A stretch of DNA of 64,000 nt. It comes from an uncultured Gemmatimonadales bacterium (lineage in GTDB: Bacteria; Gemmatimonadota; Gemmatimonadetes; Gemmatimonadales; GWC2-71-9). The notes beneath the pieces are model-generated. The model had not been told where the DNA came from and ran no database searches. It saw only the letters and a list, made by a program, of their open reading frames with translations. The stretch lies in assembly GCA_963730185.1 (NCBI GenBank), contig CAVSQW010000002.1, forward strand, positions 32,001 to 96,000. The letters run 5' to 3'. The translations under genes were made by a program, and so were the position numbers. Positions 49,353 through 57,977 of this stretch are shown here, one piece after another (positions within the stretch are counted from its first letter, which is position 1; the number at the start of each line of letters is the position of its first letter).

Positions 49353-49715
49353 GTGGGGCACACGGTTCTCGTTTGCGACGACGCGATGTTCATGCGGACT
49401 ATGATCGCCGACATCCTCACCCAAGCCGGGTTCGAGGTGGTGGGCGAAGCGGAGTCGGGTGAGCAGGCGCTCGCCCGGTACCGGGAGCTCAAGCCCGATC
49501 TGGTCACCATGGACATCGTGATGCCCAACATGGGCGGAATCGAGGCCGTCCGGGCCATCTGCAAGGAAGATCCGGAGGCCAAGATTCTGATGTGCAGCGC
49601 GATGGGACAGCAGGCCCTGGTGGTGGAGGCCATCCAGGCCGGCGCCAAGGACTTCGTCGTCAAACCCTTCCAGCCTTCCCGCGTTCTGGAGGCGGTTCAG
49701 CGGCTCCTGGGGTGA
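49353..49715 (+). CDS. cheY: CheY response regulator (Bacillus/Thermotoga type)
   Basis: DDAMFMR, PDLVTMDIVMP, SAMGQQ and AKDFVVKPF. Confidence 0.93.
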   Translation: MGHTVLVCDDAMFMRTMIADILTQAGFEVVGEAESGEQALARYRELKPDLVTMDIVMPNMGGIEAVRAICKEDPEAKILMCSAMGQQALVVEAIQAGAKDFVVKPFQPSRVLEAVQRLLG

Positions 49716-49722
49716 GCCCGCG

Positions 49723-51330
49723 GTGGATCTGAGCCGCTATACCGCCCTCTTCCTCGCTGACACCCGGGAGCATCTCGACCGGGCCAGCCGGATCTTGCTC
49801 GACTGGGAGCGCGAGCCTGGAACGCTCGAGCCGGTGGCCGAGCTGTTCCGGGCGTTCCACTCGGTCAAAGGCTCGGCGGCCACGATGGAGTACACGGCCC
49901 TGGCCGACCTGGCGCATGCCGCCGAGCACCTGCTCGACGCCGTCCGGAAGGGTGACCTCGGGCCGTCGCGGGCGGTGGTGAGCCTGCTGCTTCGAGCGGT
50001 CGACGTGCTGGAGCGGGGCGCGGAGCTGGTGGTGGCCGGCGAAGCGGTGCCGGACGCGCCGGCGCTGGTGGGGGTCCTCGAGCGGATGGTTGCGTCCGGG
50101 GCGCCGCCGGCGCCCGCCGAGCCCCCGCTGGAGCGCCGGACCCCGACCCGCGTCCCCCGGCCCTCGGCCCGCTTTACCCTGTCCGCGGTCCGGGTCGACC
50201 GGAGCCGGCTGGACGAGCTCCTCCACCGGGCGGCCGAGCTGGTGGTGGCGCGGAATCGGCTGGACGGGCTCGTCGCCAGGAGCAGCGACCCCGAGCTCGA
50301 GGCGGTCGCCGGCCAGGTCGGGACCTTGGCCCGGTCGATGCACGCCGGAGTGCTCCGGGCCCGGCTGGCCCCGGTCGCTGAGCTCTTCGACCGGCTGCCC
50401 CGGGTGGCCCGGGACCTGGGGCAGTCGCTCGATCGGGAGGTGGAGCTCAAGCTTCGGAGCGACGGGATCGAGTTGGATCGCGGGATGCTGGAGGAGTTGC
50501 TCGACCCGCTGGTGCACTTGGTGCGGAACGCGGTCGATCACGGCATCGAGCCCCCCGCCGAGCGGCTGCTCGCGGGCAAGCCGCCCGAGGGGCGGCTTCT
50601 CCTCAGCGCCTCGCGGGAGCGGGAGTTCGTCACCGTGCGTCTAGCCGACGACGGACGGGGCATCGACCGCGACGCGGTCGCCCGGCGGGCCGAAGAGGCC
50701 GGACTTCGGCCGGCCGGCCGGCCGCCGCCCGACGACCACGAGCTCCTCGGGCTGCTGGCTCGGCCCGGGTTCACGCTCCGGCACGAGGTCACCTCGATCT
50801 CGGGACGTGGCGTCGGGATGGACGTGGTGCTGAGCACCGTGCGCAGCCTGGGCGGCCAGGTCGAGGTGAGCTCGGAGCCCGGACAGGGCACCACCTTCAC
50901 GCTGACCCTGCCGCTCACCACCGCGATTCAGCGGGTGCTCCTGGTGGGGGCGGCTGGCGAGCGGTACGCGATCCCCTTTCGGATCGTGGCCGAAGCGGTG
51001 CGGGGGCCCGGGCCGGCGGCGACCGAAACGACCGGGGGGCGGTTTAGCTTTCGGGATCGCTCGTTGCCGATGGTGGACCTGGCCCGCGCGACCGGGCTGA
51101 AGGGAGCGACGGCCGGGCGGGTGCGTCCGATGCTGGTGCTCGAATGGGGGACCCGGCAGGGCGCGCTGGCGGTCGACGCCGTGCTGGGGCAGCTGGACGT
51201 GGTGATCGAGCGGGTGGAGGCGCCGGTCGGCCTGCCCGCCTGGGTGAGCGGTGCGACCATTCTTGCCGACGGGTCGCCCGCACTGGTGCTGGATCCAACC
51301 GCCCTGTTCCAGGCGGAGGCCTCGCGATGA
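49723..51330 (+). CDS. cheA: Chemotaxis histidine kinase CheA (no P2 domain)
   Basis: FRAFHSVKG, PLVHLVRNAVDHGIE, SGRGVGMDVV and a C-terminal CheW domain. 535 aa. Confidence 0.92.
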   Translation: MDLSRYTALFLADTREHLDRASRILLDWEREPGTLEPVAELFRAFHSVKGSAATMEYTALADLAHAAEHLLDAVRKGDLGPSRAVVSLLLRAVDVLERGAELVVAGEAVPDAPALVGVLERMVASGAPPAPAEPPLERRTPTRVPRPSARFTLSAVRVDRSRLDELLHRAAELVVARNRLDGLVARSSDPELEAVAGQVGTLARSMHAGVLRARLAPVAELFDRLPRVARDLGQSLDREVELKLRSDGIELDRGMLEELLDPLVHLVRNAVDHGIEPPAERLLAGKPPEGRLLLSASREREFVTVRLADDGRGIDRDAVARRAEEAGLRPAGRPPPDDHELLGLLARPGFTLRHEVTSISGRGVGMDVVLSTVRSLGGQVEVSSEPGQGTTFTLTLPLTTAIQRVLLVGAAGERYAIPFRIVAEAVRGPGPAATETTGGRFSFRDRSLPMVDLARATGLKGATAGRVRPMLVLEWGTRQGALAVDAVLGQLDVVIERVEAPVGLPAWVSGATILADGSPALVLDPTALFQAEASR

Positions 51331-51950
51331 TGGATGCTTCGAAGCTGACCGACGTGGAGCGCGACGCGCTGCGCGAGATCGCCAACATCGGGGCCGGGCA
51401 CGCGGCCACGGCCCTGTCGCAGATGACGGGTCGCCGGATCATGATCGACGTGCCCGAGGTCTCGGTCAAGCGGCTGGAGGAGGCCAGCGATCTGATCGGT
51501 CCGCCCGACACGATCATCGCCGCCGTGCTGATGCACATGATGGGCGACATGACCGGCCGCACCCTCCTGGTCCTGCCCGAGGGGAGCGCCCGCGCCCTCT
51601 GCGCCATCCTGCTCCGCAACGCGGCCCAGGACGGTCCCGGGTTCACCGACATGCAGCGCTCCACCGTGATGGAGACCGGCAACATCCTCTGCAGCGCGTA
51701 CCTCAACGCGCTCTCCGACTTCATGGGGATGATGCTGCTCCCGTCGGTGCCGGCCCTGGTGGTCGATCAAGCCGGCGCCGTGCTCACCACGGCCTATCTC
51801 AACTTCGGCCACGCCCGCGATCACGTGATCTGCGTCGAGACCTCGTTCCGGATCGACGGCTCGCCCGAGCAGCTGAGCGGCCAGTTCATCCTGATGCCGG
51901 ACGTCGCGTCGTTGGCGGCGATCTTCGACGCGATCCGTCTCCCCCGGTAG
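51327..51950 (+). CDS. cheC: CheY-P phosphatase CheC
   Basis: Two ExxN motifs: DALREIANIGAGHAATALS and ETGNIL. Confidence 0.92.
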   Translation: MMDASKLTDVERDALREIANIGAGHAATALSQMTGRRIMIDVPEVSVKRLEEASDLIGPPDTIIAAVLMHMMGDMTGRTLLVLPEGSARALCAILLRNAAQDGPGFTDMQRSTVMETGNILCSAYLNALSDFMGMMLLPSVPALVVDQAGAVLTTAYLNFGHARDHVICVETSFRIDGSPEQLSGQFILMPDVASLAAIFDAIRLPR

Positions 51951-51954
51951 GCGG

Positions 51955-54627
51955 ATGACGGGGTCCGGGTCGTCGGAGCGGGAGCTCGGTGTCCTGCGCT
52001 CCCTCGCGCGGCGGATCGATCCGTCGGACCCGGGCGCGCACAACAACCTCGGGGTGCTCTACTACGAGCGCGGGATGGTGCCCGAGGCGATCGCCGCGTT
52101 CGCCCGGGCGCTCGAGCTCGATCCGCACATGCGGGTGGCCCAGGACAACCTCGAGGCCGTCCAGCGCGAGACCGGCTTCTACGACCGCCGGATCCACGAG
52201 CTTCGAGAGCAGGTGCTCCGCCAGCCGTCCGACCGCCAGCTGAAGCTCGAGCTCGGCCGGGCCTATCTCGCCCTGGGGCAGTTCGACCGGGCGGCCGAGC
52301 AGTTCGAGGATCTGCTCAAGGGGCACCCCAACGACGGTACCGCCCTGGTGCAGCTTGGTCTGGTCGAGCACGCGCGGGGCCGCCAGGAGACCGCCACCGG
52401 CTGGTTCGAGCGGGCCTGCGAGGTGGATCCCAAGAGCACCGTCGCCCGGCTCTACCTCGGCCAGGCCCTCTACAACCGGGGCCTGGTGGACGCCGCCCTC
52501 GCGGTGCTGAGCGAGGCCGCCGCCCTCAATCCCGACCACGCCGACGTCCAGTACCTGCTCGGCTTCGTGTACGGCGACCTCGGGTATCACGACGCCGCCC
52601 GCGCCGCCACCCGCCGGGCCATCGGGCTCAATCCGTCGCTGGGGACCGCGCAGACCAACCTCCGGATCGGGGGCCGGCCGAACCCGTCGGCCCCCGACCC
52701 GCCTCGGGCCCCGGTTCGGGTCGACCAGTCGGGCGGCGAAGCCCATCTCCACCTGGCCGAAGCGTTTCGGCGGCGCGGGTATCTGGTCGAGGCTCTCCGG
52801 GAGTACCGGCTGGCGCACGAGAGCGGGGAAGACCCCCGGGCCGCGCTCGAGGGCATGGCCGAGATCTATCTCCTCAAGCGGGAGACCCGGAACGCCCTGG
52901 AGCTCTACGACCGGCTGCTGGCCGAGGCGCCCGACGCGGCCAAGCTCTGGACCGAGCGCGGGGTGGTCCTCCACCAGGCCGGCCGCCGGGACGAGGCCCG
53001 GGCGGCCTACGATCGGGCCCTCGAGGCCGACCCGGGTTACGCGCTGGCCTGGAACGACCTCGGCGTGCTCCGGGCCGGCGACTCCGACCCCGGCCCGGCC
53101 GCCGAGGCGTTCGAGGCCGCCTTGGGCCGGCGCCCCGACTTCGTGGCCGCCCGGCTCAACCTCGCCCTCCTCCACTTCCAGCGGCAGCGGCTCCAGCTCG
53201 CCCTGGAGGGCTACCGGGCGGTGCTGGCCGAGGAGGCCGAGCACCCGGTGGCCTGGAATGGGGTCGGCCTGGTCCTGATGGAGCTCAAGCGCTACGCCGA
53301 TGCCCGGAACGCCTTCGGGCGGGCGGTCGAGGCCGACCCCGACTCCGCCGCGGCCCACTACAACCTCGGGTTCGCCCTGAGCCAGCTCGGCGCCTTCGAC
53401 GACGCCCTCCGCGAGACCCGCCGCGCCCTGGAGCTCGATCCGTTCTACGTACCCCAGAAGTTCGCCCTCTCGATCGAGCTCCAGCTCACCGAGTCGCTCC
53501 TCCCGATCGCTCCCTCGCTGGTGGGCGACGTGGCCGCCGACGCCGCGGCCGAGGACTTCAGCTTCGACCCCGCCGCCCTCGACGAGCTATTCGTCGAGCT
53601 GGCGCCCGGCGAGTCGGCCGCGCCGGTGGCACCGGTCGATCCCTACTCCCTGGTCCGCGACCTGGTCGGGAAGGGGCTCCTGGAGTCGGCCACGGCGGAG
53701 GTGCACCGGGTGCTCCGGCGGGGGGGGCCGGCCGGTCCGGGGATCGCGCTGCTCGGGACGATCTTCGCCAAGCGGGGCCTTCACGGCGAAGCCCTGGAAC
53801 GGTTCCGCGAAGCCCGCCGTGAGTCGCCCGACGATGCCGGTATCCTCCTCGGCGAAGCGACCTCGCTCCTCGCCCTGGGCCGCTCCCGCGAGGCGGCCGA
53901 GACCGCCGACGAGCTGGTCCGGCGCCGCCCCGACGACGCCGAGGCCCTGGTGGTTCGGGCCCGGGCCCGGCTGGCCGAGGGCGATCTAGGCGGCGCCCAG
54001 GACGACGCGCTCGGCGCCCTCGCGGCGGCGCCGGGCCGGGCCGACCTGCTGGTGCTTCGGGGCGTGGTCGCCCGGCGCCTCAACGACCCCGAGGAGGCGC
54101 TCGATGCGTTCCGGGGGGCGGTCGACCTGGAGCCCGACCTGGTCCAGGCCTGGTACGAGATCGGGATGGTGGAGGAGGAGCGCCGTGATCCGGCCGCGGC
54201 CCGCGCGGCCTACGAACGCGCCCTCGCCATCCTGCCGACCTATCTCGAAGCGGGGTTGGCCCTGGCCGAACTGCATCGCCGGCAGGGGCGCACCGGGGAC
54301 GCGGTCCGGCTGCTGGTCGACCTCCTCCTGGTGGAGCCCTACGCCTTCGACGCGCTCCTCCTGCTGGGTCGCACGCTGGCCGACGAACGCCGCCACCAAG
54401 ATGCCGTGGTGGCCTTCAACCGGGTCCTCCAGTTCTTGCCCGAGCACACGGTCGCCCGCTTCTATCGGGGCGTGTCGCTCAACGCCCTCGGGCGGTTCGA
54501 CCTGGCTCTGGCCGATTGGGATGAGACGCTCCGGCTCGCCCCGACCGGTCCGCTCGCGGCGGCCGCCCGGGCCCAGGCCCGCTCCACCCGGGACCTCCTC
54601 CACATCCTGCAACCGGTGGAGGTGTAG
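51955..54627 (+). CDS. Large tetratricopeptide repeat protein (890 aa)
   Basis: Repeated TPR consensus segments (AHNNLGVLY...ALELDP, AWNDLGVL, AWNGVGLVL, AHYNLGFAL). No signal peptide. Confidence 0.9.
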   Translation: MTGSGSSERELGVLRSLARRIDPSDPGAHNNLGVLYYERGMVPEAIAAFARALELDPHMRVAQDNLEAVQRETGFYDRRIHELREQVLRQPSDRQLKLELGRAYLALGQFDRAAEQFEDLLKGHPNDGTALVQLGLVEHARGRQETATGWFERACEVDPKSTVARLYLGQALYNRGLVDAALAVLSEAAALNPDHADVQYLLGFVYGDLGYHDAARAATRRAIGLNPSLGTAQTNLRIGGRPNPSAPDPPRAPVRVDQSGGEAHLHLAEAFRRRGYLVEALREYRLAHESGEDPRAALEGMAEIYLLKRETRNALELYDRLLAEAPDAAKLWTERGVVLHQAGRRDEARAAYDRALEADPGYALAWNDLGVLRAGDSDPGPAAEAFEAALGRRPDFVAARLNLALLHFQRQRLQLALEGYRAVLAEEAEHPVAWNGVGLVLMELKRYADARNAFGRAVEADPDSAAAHYNLGFALSQLGAFDDALRETRRALELDPFYVPQKFALSIELQLTESLLPIAPSLVGDVAADAAAEDFSFDPAALDELFVELAPGESAAPVAPVDPYSLVRDLVGKGLLESATAEVHRVLRRGGPAGPGIALLGTIFAKRGLHGEALERFREARRESPDDAGILLGEATSLLALGRSREAAETADELVRRRPDDAEALVVRARARLAEGDLGGAQDDALGALAAAPGRADLLVLRGVVARRLNDPEEALDAFRGAVDLEPDLVQAWYEIGMVEEERRDPAAARAAYERALAILPTYLEAGLALAELHRRQGRTGDAVRLLVDLLLVEPYAFDALLLLGRTLADERRHQDAVVAFNRVLQFLPEHTVARFYRGVSLNALGRFDLALADWDETLRLAPTGPLAAAARAQARSTRDLLHILQPVEV

Positions 54628-55779
54628 GTGGCGATCCAGGGTCCGCTCCGCGAGCTCGGCATCCACGACGTCTTCCAGCTCCTCGATCTGGGCCGGAAGA
54701 CCGGGTTGCTCCGGATCGTGTCCGAACTCCGCCAGAACGAGGGCACGATCTGGTTCCACGAGGCCGCGGTGGTCGGCGCCACCATCCGCTCCAACCCGCA
54801 TCTGCTGGGGCAGCAGCTGCTTCGGGCGGGCAAGGTCCGGAACGAGGACCTGGCCCGGGCTGAGGCGCTCAAGGACGGCGGCGACGGCCGCCGGATCGGC
54901 GAGATGCTGGTGTCGTTCGGCGCGATCACCGCGCGGGAGCTCGCCACCCAGGTCCGGCTCCAGATCGAGGAGGTCGTGTTCACCCTGCTCGGGTGGTCGG
55001 AGGGCCACTTCATCTTCGAGGAGCGGAGCGCCGACGCCATCCCGCGCGAGGCCGACGTCCGGATCTCGGTCGAGTCGCTCCTGCTCGAGGCGGCCCGCCG
55101 GATCGACGAGTGGTCCCGGATCCGCACCCGGATCCCGCACCTCGGCGTGATTCCCCGGCTGGCGCCCTCCCAACAGGAGGAGGCCGGCTCGTTGGTGTTG
55201 ACGCCGTTCGAATGGCGGGTGCTGGCGGCGTCCGACGGCGTGCGCGACGTCCAGGCCCTCGCCGTCACCATGAGCGAGCCGGAGTTCGACGTGGCTCGGG
55301 CCATCTTCGGGCTGGCTTCCGCCGGGGTGGTGATCGTCCGCGACCCGGTGGAGGAGTCGGCGGCGGCGGCCCCGCGGGAGGACGCTGGGCCCCTGTTGGC
55401 GGAAGCCGAGCGGTTGGTGAAGGCCGGGAACTTCGAGGCGGCCCGGAGCATGGCGAGCGCCGCCTTCGACGCCTTCCCGAACGACCCCCGTCCGTATCTT
55501 TTGGTAGGACGAACGTTGATCGCTGAGCAGCGCTTCGACGAGGCGGAAGCGCCGCTTCGGGAGGCGGTCCGGCTCGATCCGGCGTCACCTCGGGCCCTGC
55601 GGCTGCTCTCCTGGTCGCTGCTTGGCACCGGTCGCCTCGGCGAAGCGGTGCACGGATTCGAGGCCTGGCTGGCGCTCCCGTCGCTCGGCCCCGAGGAGGA
55701 ACGGCGGGTCGCGTCGGTCGGCGCGGCCATTCCGGCGGCCCGGCAGTTGGCCGCGTTGCTCAGAGGCTCGCATGACTGA
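54628..55779 (+). CDS. DUF4388 (PATAN-like) + MshEN-like + TPR protein
   Basis: IQGPLRELGIHDVFQLL...KTG, LLGQQLLRAG...RIGEMLVSFG, LLLEAARRIDE and a C-terminal TPR region. Confidence 0.82.
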   Translation: MAIQGPLRELGIHDVFQLLDLGRKTGLLRIVSELRQNEGTIWFHEAAVVGATIRSNPHLLGQQLLRAGKVRNEDLARAEALKDGGDGRRIGEMLVSFGAITARELATQVRLQIEEVVFTLLGWSEGHFIFEERSADAIPREADVRISVESLLLEAARRIDEWSRIRTRIPHLGVIPRLAPSQQEEAGSLVLTPFEWRVLAASDGVRDVQALAVTMSEPEFDVARAIFGLASAGVVIVRDPVEESAAAAPREDAGPLLAEAERLVKAGNFEAARSMASAAFDAFPNDPRPYLLVGRTLIAEQRFDEAEAPLREAVRLDPASPRALRLLSWSLLGTGRLGEAVHGFEAWLALPSLGPEEERRVASVGAAIPAARQLAALLRGSHD

Positions 55780-56563
55780 CGACATCGCGACGATGACCGT
55801 GCAGCTGGCGCAGGATCCGACCAGCCTGGTGTTTCTGCCGCTGGCCGAGGCGCTCCGCGGCCGGGGACAGCTGGACGCCGCCCTCACGGTCGCCCTCCGT
55901 GGCCTGAGCCGCTATCCCGAGGTGGCCGACGCCTACGACTTGGTCGCTCGGATCCAGTGCGATCGGGGCGACGGCGACGCCGCCTTCGATGCCTGGACCA
56001 ATGTGCTCCGCCTCGCGCCCGACCATCTGGGCGCGCACAAGGGGCTCGCCTTTCTCTTCTACCGCGGCGGCGAGGTCACCCGGAGTCTCCGCCACCTGAC
56101 CCGGGCGCTCGAGATCGCGCCCGGCGACGCCAGCCTCACCGCCGCGGTCGACCGGATTCGGATCCAGGCCGAGGCCGGCCTCGAGCGGCCCAGCGTGCCG
56201 GACCAGGCGGCGCCGCAGGCGGTCCGCCGGGGGGGCGACCAGGCCACCCTGCTGTTCGATCAGCAGGGGCGGGTGCTCCGGGGCGACGTGGTGCGGCCCG
56301 ACGGCAGCGACGCCAGCGAGGCCGTCGCCGCAGGCCTGGCCGGCGTGAGTCGGGAGGCCGAGCGCACCGCCCGGATGCTCGGCCTGGGCGAATGGCGGGC
56401 CATCGCGGTCGAGGGCGGGCCGGTCAACTACGAGATTCGGAGCCCGTCCGAGGAGACCCTCCTGCTCCTGATGCGGGGGCGCGAGGTGCCGGCCGGTCGG
56501 CTGTCGCGGATCGCCGATCGCGCCGTCGCTGACTCGGTGCGCTGGCTGGAGGAACTGGAATGA
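55772..56563 (+). CDS. TPR + Roadblock/LC7-like fusion protein
   Basis: QDPTSLVFLPLAEALR followed by TPRs. The C-terminal LLFDQQGRVL...AAGLAG...LGLGEWRAIAVEG pattern is Roadblock-like. Confidence 0.72.
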   Translation: MTDDIATMTVQLAQDPTSLVFLPLAEALRGRGQLDAALTVALRGLSRYPEVADAYDLVARIQCDRGDGDAAFDAWTNVLRLAPDHLGAHKGLAFLFYRGGEVTRSLRHLTRALEIAPGDASLTAAVDRIRIQAEAGLERPSVPDQAAPQAVRRGGDQATLLFDQQGRVLRGDVVRPDGSDASEAVAAGLAGVSREAERTARMLGLGEWRAIAVEGGPVNYEIRSPSEETLLLLMRGREVPAGRLSRIADRAVADSVRWLEELE

Positions 56564-56910
56564 CCTTTCCCGAACAGGCGGTCCTCGATGAGGTCACCCG
56601 GCTGCCGGGAGTCCGGAGCGCGCTCCTGGTCGGGCTCGAGGACGGGATCGTGGTGGCCGAGACCGCGCTCGAGGGAGAGGACACCCGGGCGGCGGCGGCC
56701 CTGGCGGCCCGGCTGGCCCAGCGCCTGGCCGAGCTGCCTCGAACGGTCGGCCATCCCGCCCTCACCATGATCCTGCTTCAGGGCTCGGAGGGACAGCTCT
56801 TCGCTGCCCCGGGTGGCGACGGCTTGCTGCTGGTCGCGGTGGCGGACAACGACGTGAACATCGGCGAGGTGCGGCTCGCCCTGCTCGACGCCGCGGGGCG
56901 GCTCAGCTGA
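56560..56910 (+). CDS. Roadblock/LC7 domain protein (MglB/MglC-like)
   Basis: LPGVRSALLVGLEDGIVV...AAAL...VNIGEVRL. 116 aa. Confidence 0.85.
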   Translation: MTFPEQAVLDEVTRLPGVRSALLVGLEDGIVVAETALEGEDTRAAAALAARLAQRLAELPRTVGHPALTMILLQGSEGQLFAAPGGDGLLLVAVADNDVNIGEVRLALLDAAGRLS

Positions 56911-57371
56911 TGCGAGCCATCGAGCCCTGGGTCGAACGGCCGCTGGCGGGCTTCGTGGAGGAGTCCGGGGCGCGGATCGCGGTCCTGATGACCGGAGCGG
57001 GCCAGGTGGTGGCCCAACACGGCTTCACCCGGTCGCTCGACCTGATGTCGGCCGCGGCGCTCGGCGCCGGCATCGTGGCGTCGACCCGCGAGATGGCTCG
57101 CGAACTGGGTTCGGACGGGTTCGGAGCGATCGTTCACCAGGGCCAGCAGCTGGGCGTGTTTCTCGCCCCGTTCGATCTCCCCGCCGCGTCGTGGATCGGC
57201 CTGGTCGTGTTCGGGCCGGAGACCTCACTCGGGCTGGTGCAGCTCTTCTTCGATCAGATGGTGGACGGGCTGACCCGGGCGGCGCCGCGCGAGGCGCCCG
57301 CGCGCCAGGTCTTGCCCGAGGCCTTCGAAGACGAGCTGAACGCCAGCCTGCGCGCCCTCTTTGGACGGTGA
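56910..57371 (+). CDS. mglB: MglB-type GAP (Roadblock/LC7)
   Basis: AVLMTGAGQVV...AAALGAG...HQG...VFGPETSLGLVQL resembles Myxococcus MglB. Directly upstream of mglA. Confidence 0.8.
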   Translation: MRAIEPWVERPLAGFVEESGARIAVLMTGAGQVVAQHGFTRSLDLMSAAALGAGIVASTREMARELGSDGFGAIVHQGQQLGVFLAPFDLPAASWIGLVVFGPETSLGLVQLFFDQMVDGLTRAAPREAPARQVLPEAFEDELNASLRALFGR

Positions 57372-57374
57372 CCC

Positions 57375-57977
57375 ATGCCGCTCGTCAACTTCACCGCCCG
57401 CGAAATCACCTGCAAGCTGGTCTACTACGGACCGGGCCGCTGCGGCAAGACGACCAATCTCCAGTACATTCATGGCCGGGTGCCGGAGCACCGCCGGGGT
57501 CGGATGGTCTCGCTGGCCACCCAGTCCGATCGCACCCTCTTCTTCGACTTCCTGCCCCTCGAGCTGGGGGTGATCTCCGGGTTCACCACCCGATTCCAGC
57601 TCTACACCGTGCCGGGTCAGGTCTACTACAACGCCACCCGCCGGCTGGTGCTCCAGGGCGCCGACGGGGTGGTGTTCGTGGTCGACAGCCAGGCCCGCCG
57701 GTTCGACGACAACATCGAGAGCTTCCAGAACCTGCAGGAGAATTTCCTGGATCAGGGGGTCGACATCCGCCAGGTGCCGCTGGTGCTCCAGTACAACAAG
57801 CAGGACCTGCCCGCCGATCTCGTCCTCGGTCCCTCCGATCTCGACGAGACCTTCAACTTCCGCTCCGTTCCCAGCCTGCCGGCCGACGCCCTGCACGGCA
57901 CCGGCGTGTTCGAGACGCTCAAGGCGCTGTCCACGCTCGTCCTGCAACGGCTCGCCGCGCGGCCGCCGACGCTGTGA
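57375..57977 (+). CDS. mglA: MglA small Ras-like GTPase
   Basis: REITCKLVYYGPGRCGKTTNLQYI, DRTLFFDFLP, LYTVPGQVYY and QYNKQD. Confidence 0.95.
   Translation: MPLVNFTAREITCKLVYYGPGRCGKTTNLQYIHGRVPEHRRGRMVSLATQSDRTLFFDFLPLELGVISGFTTRFQLYTVPGQVYYNATRRLVLQGADGVVFVVDSQARRFDDNIESFQNLQENFLDQGVDIRQVPLVLQYNKQDLPADLVLGPSDLDETFNFRSVPSLPADALHGTGVFETLKALSTLVLQRLAARPPTL

Noticed and set aside
57191..57973. N-terminal extension of the 919-aa ORF
   Set aside because: It overlaps mglB and mglA off-frame. DnaA-like sequence begins at GTG 57974.
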